DNA of 47,999 nucleotides from Basidiobolus ranarum (Eukaryota): NCBI GenBank assembly GCA_040143965.1, contig JASJQH010000021.1, positions 1 to 47,999 of the forward strand, read 5' to 3'. Shown piece by piece: positions 35,309 to 47,999 of this stretch (position 1 is its first letter; each line of letters starts with the position of its first letter). The notes under the pieces were generated by a model. It saw only the letters and a program-made list of their open reading frames with translations, ran no database searches and was not told where the DNA came from. The position numbers and the translations under genes were made by a program.

Positions 35309-36199
35309 ATTGGGTGAATAAGGGAAAACGTTTGTCGATACTCAGGTTTACAGTAATATGTTGACAATCGGCCAGAAAAGAATACTGTACTTAATTCTCT
35401 TAAAGAAACAAACCTTCCTACACAACTATATATATGTATATATTCTCCAATAAATTCAATTATGATTACTTAAGAGAAAAAGACGTACTCTATATCACCC
35501 TTACTGATAAGCCAAGAGGAACTGTTCAATAACACTTCAAGAAGTAATCAAAGGAAGGGGGGGGGGTTAAGAGTCGATCAAGCCTTGATTATCAGTGACA
35601 GCTACTGAATATTTATATTGGTTTTTCTAAATTTGCTTCTAAATACGGGATTGTGACTAGATGTAAGGCTTCGTGACTAATTGTGGCCAAGTGCGGTTTG
35701 AAGATTAAAATAGATGAATGTTTAAGCAGAGCTATATGCAGTCTGTTAAAGGATGTGGATAATGCTCAATTGTGTATTTAGAAACATATGTGGTGTCATG
35801 CTGCGTTCTCGGTCAGTTGGGTGTACTATTCACAATCCATAAGTAGAACATTTTCAAACAAGATTGCATCGGATCTCTTCGGGGATCACCAGAAAGCGAT
35901 TAGTCTGTATATAAAATACAATCTCATGTATACAGAATATTAATGCTGTATTCTCAAACTGTAAGTTTAAGATCATTTGAGTGTGATTATCATCTCGCAA
36001 AAATTTTGCCTACTCTACAATATCATGTGAAGATTCTTAGCTATTACACTATGCCTTTTCCATAAAAGTACATTTCAAGATTACAACTAGCAGTGGTGAA
36101 AAAGATTACTTCTCTCCTTAAACTTATTTCCTTAGACTTAGGAGAAGGTGACCGCTTAACTAGAAATTGGTTTACTATAGAGTCAGGAATTAATTAGCA

Positions 36200-37980
36200 A
36201 TGCAGCCAACCACCAAGAAATACATGGCTGACTGTAAATACCTTTTTACTAATCTGTTCTAATTACACTAGAACTTTAAACTTCGCGTATTAAGCTTTTT
36301 TTATGACTTTTTATAGTTGCCATATTTATTATTTCACAAGTAGCTTTTTATTATGGCTTTAAGTATGTTCTTGGCTCCCTGGATCCTCGTAATGGAAAGA
36401 AAAAAGAAGCTAAACAAAAGAGTGAAAAAGTTCTAGACCGTTTAGGTGTAAGTTAAAAAGAACACAGATTTTTGATTTCATTTAGAGAATAGAATAGAGA
36501 TGTATGTTCTAATAATTTAATAACTCTTCCCCTCGACTGTTCTTTATAGTTGTCTGAACTGAAACTTAACGAATATGAACAAATTATTGCTACCGAAGTA
36601 GTACATCCTGAGGAAATCTCTATCAATTTTGAACGTAAGACTATACACATGTATATATGAATCATCATTCTTAAGTATACGTTGCCTAATTGTACATACG
36701 TATGATTTAGAGATTGGTGGCTTGACAGAAATCATTACAGAGTTAAATGAATCAGTTATTTTCCCCTTGAAGTATCCTCAACTTTTCACAAGCGCCTCTG
36801 GCTTGTTGGGTGCACCAAAGGGTGTTCTATTATACGGCCCTCCAGGTTCTACTTATTTCTCAATTTCATTGCATGATGGACATGTCTCTAAATTGGATTT
36901 AATTCACAGGCTGCGGAAAGACGATGTTGGCCAAAGCTTTGGCGCGTGAATCAGGTGCTACCTTCATCAACATGCATGTTTCAACTCTTACCGATAAATG
37001 GGTATGAGTTAAACTTACAAGAGATCTGCTATCGAAAGAAACGCTTATTTATATGTTTTATATCAATTCATAGTTCGGTGAATCCAATAAGCTAGTTGCT
37101 GCTCTATTTAGTCTAGCAAAGAAACTTCAGCCAGCTATCATATTCATTGATGAAATTGATTCTTTTCTTCGTGAGAGAAGAAGTAATGACCATGAAGTGA
37201 CTAGTATGATGAAAGCTGAATTCATGAGGTAACTGAAGATTTCTTGGCATTCCTCAAAAGTGACCACCTAACGATTTATTGAAATGTAGTTTATGGGACG
37301 GTCTTACTACTAAAGAAGATAGCCGTATTATCGTAAGCGCTTTACGTTTCTCACACACAACCTCATATTTATTAACATATGGTTATTTTAGATTTTGGGT
37401 GCAACCAATAGACCAAATGATATTGGTAATTATCCACTTTAGTGGGATTCTAAGTTGGAAAGCGACTTACGTTTTAGTTGTTTAGATTCGGCAATCTTGA
37501 GAAGAATGCCCAAAAGATTCTCTATCAAGCCTCCTAATGATGGCCAGCGTCGCGATATTCTGAATATTGTACGTAAAATGAATGATGCACCCTTTTTTGT
37601 GTTGTACTAAGCAGCTTGCATTTACAGATGTTGAAAGACATTAAGTTGGATAAAAGCTTCGACCTCGAAAGCCTCATTAATTACACGAACGGGTTCTCAG
37701 GTAAACAGCGTTTAACCATTACTGATTGAATTATTCTAAGCATTCTATCCGCGGTTCGATTACAGGGAGTGAGCTAAAGGAGTTGTGCCGCAATGCAGCT
37801 ATGGTGCCTATTCGTGAGTTTATGCGAACCATGAGTAAGGATTCAATTGATCCTTCGACTTTGGATCCAGAGAATATCCACGAGTTGGATGTTCGACCTC
37901 TTCGCGTCTCCGACTTCTTCTCCAAATCCCCTTACAATGAAAGTGTTATGTCATTTATTGAGCCTGAACCTCAAGACTAG
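36200..37980 (+). CDS. MSP1: Membrane-anchored AAA+ dislocase Msp1/ATAD1, multi-exon
   Basis: N-terminal [83 protein letters not shown]. Confidence 0.95.
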
Positions 37981-38684
37981 CGAATACATCTTTCTAAATC
38001 ATGCTCTTCATTCATTCATTTATTTACGCATAATTTCTTGTTGTATTTGCAACGTTGACTGCTCATAAAAATGTTATGTAAAATTATGGTTCCATTGAGA
38101 ACATGTTCATGCTTTGAAATATTAGTAGTGCGCATAATATGTAATGTGATCATCAGCAATCAGCGATTTTTACCCTCTTTTGAAACCAACTAATTGATCT
38201 TTGAGCGAAGATGGGATGAGGGGTTTCGGTTTCATGGCTGGGGATCAAACACAATGATTGCTGTGGGGATCCGATTATTCTCCCCGGGGCACCGATTGAT
38301 TGTAGAATTTTATTCAAAATTCTGCAGATCGAAATCCACATGTCATCTATATGCCGTCAAAGAAATGGGATTTGAATTGGGGATAACAGAGAAATCACGT
38401 TGGGGTAAAAAAAGGTCCCCAATCAAGTATGATTGAGCTTTCCCCGCACCAAATAAGCCCACCTTACCAACCAGCGTAGTTTGAGTCTTTTATTGACGCC
38501 GGTTCTCTTTGACCAAACATTTATTTGTTCCGTTTGTTACGTAGTAAGCATATTTTCATAAACTCTCGATACAGCTCTCTAAAATATTGATACACTAGAC
38601 CTTTCTATTTTACTCCTTTTTTTTGCATCCTTCTTTTATACTCATAATATTTTCTTGTTTCTCAGAGGAACTTGAAGGCTCAAA

Positions 38685-40168
38685 ATGCTAAGAAATACCG
38701 TATTAAATCGAGGTTAGATTTATATTTATTTTACTTTGGTCTTTAGTTACAAGCCTAACCGTTATCCATTGGAATTTTGTGTATAGCCATCACTCAGGCT
38801 GCTCGCTCTAAAGTTTCTCACCAACTACCTAAAGCTCTTGCTTCTTACTCTACTGCTACCCGTACTTACGGTGGTCTCTCCGATGAAGATCGTATATTTA
38901 CTAATCTTTACGGCCGCCATGATTTTCGCCTCAAAGGGGCTATGAAGCGTGGAGATTGGTATAAAACCAAGGAAATCTTATTGAATGGCCACGAATGGAT
39001 CTTAAATGAGATGAAGGCTTCCGGTCTTCGTGGACGTGGTGGTGCTGGTTTCCCTACTGGTATGAAGTGGGGATTTATGAACAAACCTTTAGATGGTCGT
39101 CCCCGTTATTTGGTTGTCAATGCTGATGAAGGAGAGCCTGGTACTTGTAAGGATCGTGAAATTATGCGTCATGATCCTCACAAGTTGATTGAAGGTTGTT
39201 TAATTGGTGGAAGAGCTATGAATGCCAATGCCGCCTATATTTATATTCGTGGTGAGTTTTACAATGAAGCCTCGAATTTACAAGAAGCTATCGATGAAGC
39301 TTATGCTGCTGGCTTAATCGGTAAAAACGCTTGCGGTACCGGTTACGATTTTGATGTTTATGTCCATCGTGGTGCCGGTGCCTATATCTGTGGTGAAGAA
39401 ACCGCTTTAATTGAGTCTATTGAAGGCAAGCAAGGTAAGCCTAGATTGAAGCCTCCGTTCCCCGCTGATGTAGGTCTTTTCGGATGTCCTACCACCGTTT
39501 CTAACGTCGAGACTGTCGCTGTTGCCCCAACCATCTGTAGACGTGGAGGTAGCTGGTTTGCAGGATTCGGCCGTGAACGTAACAGTGGTACCAAACTCTT
39601 CTGTATTTCCGGACATGTTAACAATCCTTGTACCGTTGAAGAAGAGATGTCTATTCCTCTTAAGGAGCTTATTGAACGCCATTGTGGTGGTGTTCGCGGT
39701 GGATGGGATAATTTATTAGCTATCATCCCCGGTGGATCCTCAGTCCCACTTCTTCCCAAAAATATCTGTGAAGATGTTCTCATGGATTTCGATTCCCTAC
39801 GTGATGTACAATCTGGTCTTGGTACAGCAGCAGTTATTGTGATGGACAAGTCAACCGACCTTGTTCGTGCCATTTCTCGTCTTGCCGCTTTCTATAAGCA
39901 TGAGTCCTGTGGCCAATGTACTCCTTGCCGTGAAGGTACCAGTTGGATGGCCAACATGATGACTCGCTTTGAGCATGGTGAAGCCAAGATTGACGAAATT
40001 GACATGATTGAGGAGTTATCCAGACAAATTGAGGGACATACCATCTGCGCTCTAGGAGATGCTGCCGCCTGGCCTGTTCAAGGTTTGATCCGCCATTTCA
40101 GACCAGACATTGAGAAGAAGATTGCACAATATAAAGCTGAACAAGCCGTCTCCGCAACTCAATTTTAA
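38685..40168 (+). CDS. NDUFV1: NADH:ubiquinone oxidoreductase 51-kDa flavoprotein subunit
   Basis: [62 protein letters not shown]. Short first exon MLRNTVLNR starts at 38685. Confidence 0.98.
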
Positions 40169-40859
40169 TATTATTAAATCATTTTCGGAGATACCTACAG
40201 AGATGATGAGTAGATATTTCTAAGAACATCCCTTATACATGATTGGAAATCCATTATTTTTATCCATTACGACGTACACGTACAGGAATTCTCACCATTA
40301 CCGTTCACATTTTCTAACGATTCATTTTAAATCAAATCATCTGTCAATCCACAAGTAAATACTTTATCACTCCAATTTCTTGCTAATTTGGTATTCAAAT
40401 GAATGATTTTCGTAAGCGTTGATCTTCCCAATTGTACTCACCTCTAGACAACGATGCAATTATTTTCTTTTGACCTCGAGATTAGCAAAGTGGTATGCAT
40501 GAAGAGATTAATCACACTTTTTTGACGTAGAATGGTTATAATTAAATCATTAGAATTCCACAAGGAAGCGTTCAAGTAAAGTGTTACTTTAACTATTCAA
40601 ATTGATTATTACAGTAAAAACTAACACAAGATGAGTGAGAACGAAATGATGAGACAAACATGTTAGAGAACTCATTAGTATATGGTAGATAATGTAAACA
40701 CTTGGAAGATCAAACTATTGTACCGAAAATTAGTCCAAAAAATGAACGTATAAGAGAGAAGATACATGTAAACGAACAAAAACTTGGAATGTAGAGAGTG
40801 TAAAAGAATGAAGCTACAGTATGGTTTTTTGTTTCTTTGAGTCAGTGTATCTGTGCCGG

Positions 40860-43800
40860 TCATTGTACATTTGATGGGGATTGGGATTCATTTATACTCT
40901 CGGGCAGTGGTGCAATCTCTATTTGGTCTGTGGTGTCCTCATCCTCAAAGGCACTCGTGCTTTGTTGCAGCTATGTACGAAATTTAGAGGTAAATAAGAG
41001 TTACTAAATATATTACATCTTAACGTGACTTACTGTTAAGGCCTCGTGTTTTAATGCCAATTCGGTATCATCATCCTCGTCTTCATAACTTTCAACTTCA
41101 AGAGGCGATTCAAAATGCTCTTGGAACTCAGCAGACCAATCAGCGATTGTGAGGAATTGTTTTGACTGGTCTCCTTGGGCGCTATTGGAAAGCAACTATC
41201 GAATATGTTAGCTCAGTTTTTCTCGTCATGGATTAAAATAAACTATTGACCTGGTCATCACCATCATGATTGTTTTCCTGATAATTACGAGTTAAACAAT
41301 TGGGCTCCTTAAATCAGCAATCAATCTGTTGAACATACCAAGTTTGTAGTATAGGAGTTCTCGGTGTGTGCCAGTTTGCTGTAGAAACAATGTTCAGCTT
41401 CCTATCAACAGTACAAGTATATTTGATGTCAATGATTACCTCATCCAATCGGGGTCATCCTCATCGCTTTCATCATCGTCAAAGGAAGAGACAAATTGAC
41501 TTCTGAGCTCTCCACTTGGAGTCAAATATCTGGAGAACTGCTCACGATCAACATCATCGTCCTCATAATCATCGTCATCATCATCGTCTGTATCATTGAA
41601 GCCATTTAAAATATTGGGTCTTTGACCACCTAGCGGCTGTTGATCTCGTTCCTTGATTTCACGAAGAGTCTTGGATACATATTCCTTCCAAGCCTCAGCT
41701 TCAATCAAATCTAAAAACAAGCAAGATTAGTTGCAACCCAACCTCCATGAAAGCATCTGACTAGTCACCTCTAACATCAGCAGCAACTTCGGGCGACTTC
41801 TCAATCAAGCGCACGACTTCCTCGGCGATAAAAGTCAAATGACCCATGTATCCAAGTCGGATAGTCTTGACATTCTCACTAATGGTTTATGTTCTTAGAT
41901 ATGGCCAATATCGAGGTAGAGTAGAAAGGTCTAGATACTTACGTCGTAGAATCGCACAGCTTCTGAGCATTGGTTATTCTAGAAGTAATGTCAGCATCAT
42001 TGAAAACCTTTACAACCGATACAGTTGAGTTAGTTCAAGAATTCAAATGTCTACCACTACAATAAAGATCACCCCACCGAAAGAATAAGGTTTTTGTTGA
42101 CTTCCACTTCGTATGGCAGATTAAGAATTTGATGCAATATGTCGTAAACAATCGTGTGAAGGAAGTTGTTCCAAGGATACTCGAAAAAGAGATCCTAAGT
42201 TTCGAAGGGGTTTAGTTTAAAATGAATATATAGCATTGAAGTATGACATGCTGTTACCAAACAAGCTGAGACGATTTTGTGGTCGATATATTTTTGCTTC
42301 AAGATGGTACCGGCTAAAAACAATAGTAATTAGATTGATCCACGATGCGCTATTACCAATAATACCTACCATCGTCATTCTGAGAAATCTCTTGGATTTC
42401 GTCTCCAGAGTCGGTATCAGTTACATTGATATTGGCGCAATGAAGTAGCTCAGCATAGAGTTCGCATACTTTGAGTCGCTCGAAACCAAGAGGCTTCACT
42501 TTGCCAATGGTGCTGTCGATGGATTCCGCCTGTAATATTCGAAACAAATAATGAGTTTGATGGGATTTGATTTGTAGATACTCAATAAGTTTCTTACCAC
42601 ATTACGTGGATTCGTTAGAATATTTTGGAAATCACCAAGGCGACTGCTAAGAACCCCAAGCATATCACTCAAATCAATCGGAGCAATTGGTCCGTTATAC
42701 TGAAATAAATCAGCTGGCTCATCATCACTAACAATAAGATGTGAAAAATGAGTAGCTAGTTCGCAACGGCATCTCAACAATAAGGAAAGATACAAACCTG
42801 CAATTGCGTCTGATCAATTCAATGAAAATTCCGACGCCATTCACTAATGCAGAGGCAGCGTTTGAAGAAGAAGTGTCTAGCATATAATCCACAAGACGTG
42901 AAACCACTTTTTCGCTGATTGATTTGAATAGATAAGCGTAGATCAGACAATAATAGGGTAGAAAACTTGCTAAAATACCTTTTAAGCTCAGAAATCAAAG
43001 CATTGGGACTATTGCTTTGTTGTTGACTGTTATTCGATTTAGAAATAGTTATGATATCCAAGATTATTGGAGCAACTGTCGAATATGTCTATTTTGAAAG
43101 TCAAAATTGATAGTTAGAAAAGGAAGGCTACTCCTAATTAGTTGATATTACCTCAGGGTCACATTTAGGGCTTAGGCGATCAATTAATTTGCTCATTAGA
43201 CCCTCGGAAGAAAGCCACTAAAACGCAATATATAAGCTATCGATAAATCACCAAAAATATGTATGTACTATGCTTACTTCAACGACACCAGCGCCGTTGG
43301 GTAATTCATCTAAGCTAATGAGTTTGAGAACTATGTCCATTATAGCAGGAGTCTCCAAGTGAAGTAGAAATTTATCGATAGAGTCGGGTTGATCTTTGAT
43401 AAACGCAATCATCTTTGAATTTTGCATTAGTTCCCATGTCTAGATATATATATACATATAGCCAAACTAAAACCAACCTCATCACTTTTCTTTGCTAAGA
43501 GTGTACAGATAATCTTGCTAAAGTAGGCAGCTTGCATGGATTCAAGCGGTGCAGGCCTATCAAGTAATCCCCAAAAGGAAGACAAAAGCTCTTTATTATC
43601 AAGGATGGCTTTACTGAGTCCCCATACTTCTTCGCACGAAAGTATTTCACCAGCTATGTACGGATACCTAATTATGATAAAAATATTCATGTTTAAAAAT
43701 GTAGGTAGCAAATCAAGGAATCATTTGTAACATTACTTCATATCTACCAGTTGCTCTTCTACGTTACAAGCCAAATATCCAAAAAGCCGACCAAGCACCT

Positions 43801-44089
43801 CCGGTAGACACAAACTATAAACCATATTAAAAATATGTTAGGTGTTACAGTTTAGAGTATTCGCAAAATATCACCAAAATCATATATTCAAAATATCGAA
43901 GAGAATAAAAATCCAAAGTATTAATCCATAAATATCGAAAAAGCATTACAATTCTATCAGCTTGCTATTAGCTGCTCTCAACTCCTGAAGAATATCATCT
44001 TGATCCATTAATTCTTCTACTGTAACATCATCTTTTTCGAGAAGAGTATCAACAGGAGATACTGTGTGAAAACCAAAACGCCAGAACAT
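40860..44089 (-). CDS. SIT4/PP6 phosphatase-associated protein (SAPS family), multi-exon
   Basis: [82 protein letters not shown]; acidic tail. TGA 40862-40860. Confidence 0.92.
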
Positions 44090-44911
44090 TGTATACTGTT
44101 AGATATGTCCAAAGAAGCAATTACAGGAGTTCCAAACAAAAAGAAAAAAGAAAAACAAACGAAAGGTAACAATTTATGAGTCTTGAGTCTCGGATGGAAA
44201 GGGTGTTTTAAGCATACACAGCTCGTGTTTGTATGCAAAGAATATAAATCTTGGTTATAGTGATGGAACGAATTTTCTGTGACACCAACAGAGTCCAACT
44301 AGAAAGGCGTATTTTAGGTCAACAGGGGTAATGTTTGAATAGTAATCTAGGGTAATTAGGCTCAAGATCGACAGGCAACATAATATTTAACGCGTAACCT
44401 GCGAATTTCATATCATTGTTAAGCCTACTATAAGTAGCTTTGTTGCTAGATAATAGTAATATCGAGTCAACAAATGTGTATTGAGTACATGCACTTCACA
44501 ATCATTGACCCAAAAAAATATGTGATAACCATAGTTTCAAGTATTATTACAATATATACATATAAATGGGTTTTAGGCAAGCTTTTATACAAACATTAGT
44601 GATTGATTAGTCTCTATCCGATGGTCGCGTTTTACCAGTTGGTTTCTTGACCAAACTCCACAACCATTCTTTGAGAGATCTCCATAGCACGCCCTTTTCA
44701 TCATAATAATACATCGTTTTGTTTTACATACTTTATAAATCACCCCATTTTAAGGCGCTAATATTGTAGGGAGATGACATACATTTCTATCTTCTTACTA
44801 TATCATAGTGAGCGTAGCGTGAATGTGAACATGAAATGGGTTATATTGAAATTGATACTGCGTATTAAATAATAAAGCTTATAACCTTTTAATACAAAAA
44901 ATTAAGTCGAT

Positions 44912-46782
44912 CTATTTAGCGCCAAATGAGAATCCAGTGGAAGGCTTGGCAGCTGTGCTTGAACCAAAGAGTCCTCCAGTTGATGGAGTAGTAGTACTAG
45001 CACCAAAAAGACCTCCTGTGGATGGAGCAGCAGTACTGGCACCGAAAAGACCGCCTGTGGCTGGAGCAGCAGTACTGGCACCGAAAAGACCTCCTGTAGA
45101 TCCTGCAGCACTTACGCCAGCTGAGGGAGTATTTCCGAAAAGACTGCCAGAAGCACCAAAAGTGGATCCAGAGGTGGTACCAGTATTTGTTTGACCAAAC
45201 AAACCACCAGTTGAAGGGGTACTGGCGCCAAAAGCGGTGCCAGTGCTCGGAGTAGTGCTACCAAAAAGACTGCCTGATGATAGAGTATTAGAACTTCCCA
45301 GAGGGTATGTACTTTGTGGTGCTTGGTGAGTGCTAGCTGATGGCAGAAGCATGCTACTCATTAGCGACTCGGAATCATCCGAAATTTTCGCTACTTTTCG
45401 TGATTTTTTGAGATCGTTAGGGAATGGGCTTTTATCATCGTTATAAACCCGGCGTCTATAATTAAGATACTGTTCCTTCTGTCTCTTAACAGCATTATGT
45501 AATGTGGCAACTTTACCAGCAATGGCTAAGAAAGTTTCATGCTGGTTCCTCATAATTTCGGTGAGTGCTCCAGGGGAGAATTTAGCAGTTTGGGCAATTG
45601 AAGAAAGATGCTTTTCTATATCCTCAATATTATGCTTATATTGTATCATCCGGGACTCAAAAGAGGTAACCAAATTCCAAAAGTAATCAAAGGTAAGTCG
45701 AACACCAGGGAAATGAATGAGGTGATTGTTAGGGCTCTTAAGTGCATTGATACCACGTCCTGCAATTTCGGCGTTTTTGATCTCTTTGTTCATAGTCTTA
45801 TTCAAGTTCGAGATAAGTTCCATGTCTCTTTCTAAGGAAAATTGAAGGCCAACAAGTTTCTAAATTCATAGTCCGAGTTAATCAGGTTTTGAATATGGAA
45901 TTAAAAAGTGATTTCTACCTCGTTCAGAATTTGAGCTTCTTCAGTAACTTTATTAATAAAGTCCGGAGTTTCACGCGCTGTCACATAGTCGTAGCTGTGA
46001 ATCTGCGATTGTATACTCTTCCTATAAAGACACAGTTTTCCCTCTTTCAGTTGAATGTAAAAAGTTAATTAGCTGTTGAGTCTAACTTACTCGATTTGCT
46101 CTATCATTGTTTTTGCGTCATCAGGTAAATCCGAAAATTTGGATGTTCTTACGATTGTTTGCGGGTTGAGAGGAGCACTAGAAAATGTTTTCAAGTGGTT
46201 GATATCTGGAATACTAAATAGAATGTTGAATTCAATAACAATACCTTGAAGTTGCTGTACTTGTGGCAGCATTCGTACTTCCGAAGAGAGATGTACCAGG
46301 AGTAGTGTTGGATGTAGTAGTACCACCTAAGGAGATACCACCAGTGGTTTTTGGGGTTGAAAGGGAAAAGGGTGTGGTGGAAGTGGGAGTGCTAGTAGTG
46401 GTATTTCCGAGTAGGGAAGAACCAGTTGAAGTAGTATTGCCAAATAATGATGGTGTAGTAGTGGCGGTATTGGTTGCTGGAGTAGAGGAAGTAGTTCCGA
46501 AAGAAAAACCACTGGCAGGTGCTGTTGAAGTGGTATTGGCTGGGTTCGAAGTGTTGCCGAATAGAGAAGTGCTGTTTGAAGTAGAGGTTGCAGGCGTAGT
46601 ATTTCCAAACGAAAAACTACTTCCAGGAGTGCTAGTTGTAGTGGCACTGGTATTATTCGCACCAAATCTTAAAGTGATGTTAACAATTTACTTCAATGTA
46701 AAATATTTAAGCAAGTAAAAACAGCGATAAAACTAAATATTTTAAAGAACTTAAGAAGACAGGTGGTAACTTACGAGAACAT
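44912..46782 (-). CDS. NUP49: FG-repeat central-channel nucleoporin, Nup49/Nup58 type
   Basis: N-terminal S/T-rich FG/FSFG repeats; TSKFSDLPDD...IEQIE; helical core (YFWNLVTSFESRMIQYK..IEDIE; NQHETFLAIAGKVA.LH); C-terminal GLFG repeats. Confidence 0.8.
44964..45100 (-). repeat. 39-nt coding tandem repeat (about 3.5 copies) encoding 13-aa GGLFG units such as GGLFGASTAAPST
   Basis: Units start at 44964, 45003, 45042 and 45081. Confidence 0.9.
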
Positions 46783-47890
46783 TACAAGGTACGGATCTGA
46801 TGTTTAGGAATGGGATCTATGTGTGTATATTTAAGCTCGGCCTATTCACACAACACGAACCAAACTCACTACAATAAAGAAAAAAGCAAAAAAAAGCGTG
46901 TTGTCCAAACAAATTACAATAGCCTTTGATCAATTCACAGTTAAATCTTACTCAAATACTAAGATTCATATTGGAGATGTATTGGCTTCAATTGACCTAG
47001 GGTTAGGTTTGATTATTATTTGGCTTTTGCTTGTGCAATCCAATTTCATAGAACTCACAGATATCACGGACAGAATGTATGTTTGATTACATCTTTATAC
47101 TCGTAATAGCGCTCTAGATTAGGTATATTTAGATTTAAAAAGTACGTTCTAAGCCTTGAATGTTATATACTACCACTTATATTGGTCTGTTATACATATT
47201 GGACTTTTATGAGATACCCAAGTATCCTGAGTGTAGAGGAAGGAGATTCGACAAAAGTAGTGTGTACTGAGGAAATAATAAACTTTTTATTAATCATATA
47301 ACTATCTGAATATAGAAATGTCTCTCTATTTTTGATTTTCTTGGGAGAAGTAAACCGTTCATTGAAGAAGACCATAAAGAGTACATGAAAGCTAAGAATT
47401 GACATCTTGGAAAATCGGAAAATATATATTTGTTCAGTTTTAACATTTCACCTGCTCCTCTAGAAAACTATTACCTGATGTTTTAGAGTATGAAAATCAG
47501 ACATATCAAACTTTCACCTGTAGTCAGTAGGGTTTCTTTTTTTGAATTCTGATACTCGAAAGCTATTGTCGAGATCTCATCTAATGTCAAATCCGTTCGA
47601 TATATATTCATTATGCCGTCTCCAGTGTCAGACAAAACTGTTGGTTTAAAAGAGACTATCTCTGATATACGTGCTTCGTGGGGGATTCTTAGGATTTTTC
47701 ATAGCAAAATCATCGTTACAACTATACAAGCTATATATCGTTAGAATTCACATTAAACCTCGGAAATTTCCGTCAGCGCTATTCCATGTATTCTTGGTAC
47801 TGATGATTATGGAATTTTTGGACTCAACGAGACCTTCATGTTGAATATTGAGAGCAGTAAAAAAACATCCATTAACAGTAGTGGGTATAT

Positions 47891-47952
47891 AAAAAAATTT
47901 CCTCCGAAGAGGTGTCCACTCAAGATTTACGTGTCATCCTTGTGCAGGGGCC

Positions 47953-47983
<31 letters not shown>

Positions 47984-47999
47984 TTCAAGTGTCAGAGGT
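47891..47999 (-). ncRNA. U6: U6 spliceosomal snRNA; 5' end lies beyond the window
   Basis: Reverse complement contains AAATTGGAACGATACAGAGAAGATTAGCATGGCCCCTGCACAAGGATGACAC (ACAGAGA box at 47969-47963, AGC triad, ISL) and ends in a T7 Pol III terminator at 47897-47891. Confidence 0.97.

Noticed and set aside
35557-35566. G10 homopolymer upstream of UBE2W
   Set aside because: Isolated run with no supporting structure.
39382-39873. 163-aa antisense ORF within NDUFV1, and similar antisense ORFs in allantoinase, eIF5, RPS10, cps1 and the nucleoporin
   Set aside because: Shadow ORFs expected from codon bias and low-complexity sequence on the coding strand; no recognisable motifs.
44600-44710. Possible C/D snoRNA (ATGATGA on the minus strand near 44698-44704)
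   Set aside because: No D box (CTGA) at a suitable distance and no terminal stem.
47190-47700. Short coding-looking stretches on both strands downstream of U6
   Set aside because: No recognisable domain or consistent splice model; cannot distinguish a decayed gene from intergenic DNA without a search.

Overview
Gene-dense, AT-rich eukaryotic DNA with many short GT-AG introns (mostly 55-90 nt). Gene content (complex I 51-kDa subunit, MCU, UBE2W, an MTA1/AMT1-type MT-A70 methyltransferase, AcuM/Rds2, Cps1) points to an early-diverging fungus (Zoopagomycota/Mucoromycota; Basidiobolus-like is a guess). I reconstructed 20 protein genes by hand-splicing, plus a disrupted DUF1279 gene at the left edge and a U6 snRNA cut by the right edge. 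I saw no transposon, tRNA, rRNA or CRISPR array. Most notable: (1) an apparent F-box + DTW (tRNA acp3U transferase) fusion gene sharing a divergent promoter with RPC40; (2) an intact ciliate-type MTA1/AMT1 6mA DNA methyltransferase; (3) an exact mammalian-type ERSE (CCAAT-N9-CCACG) upstream of a DNAJC3/P58IPK homologue; (4) a 13-nt element shared by the first introns of both ribosomal protein genes; (5) a poor-context uORF in the eIF5 leader; (6) a PTS1-ending allantoinase; (7) an extra UUCG hairpin at the U6 3' end; (8) 5- and 14-nt microexons in the HDA1 catalytic core. Family assignments come from motif recognition, not database searches, and splice models are manual.
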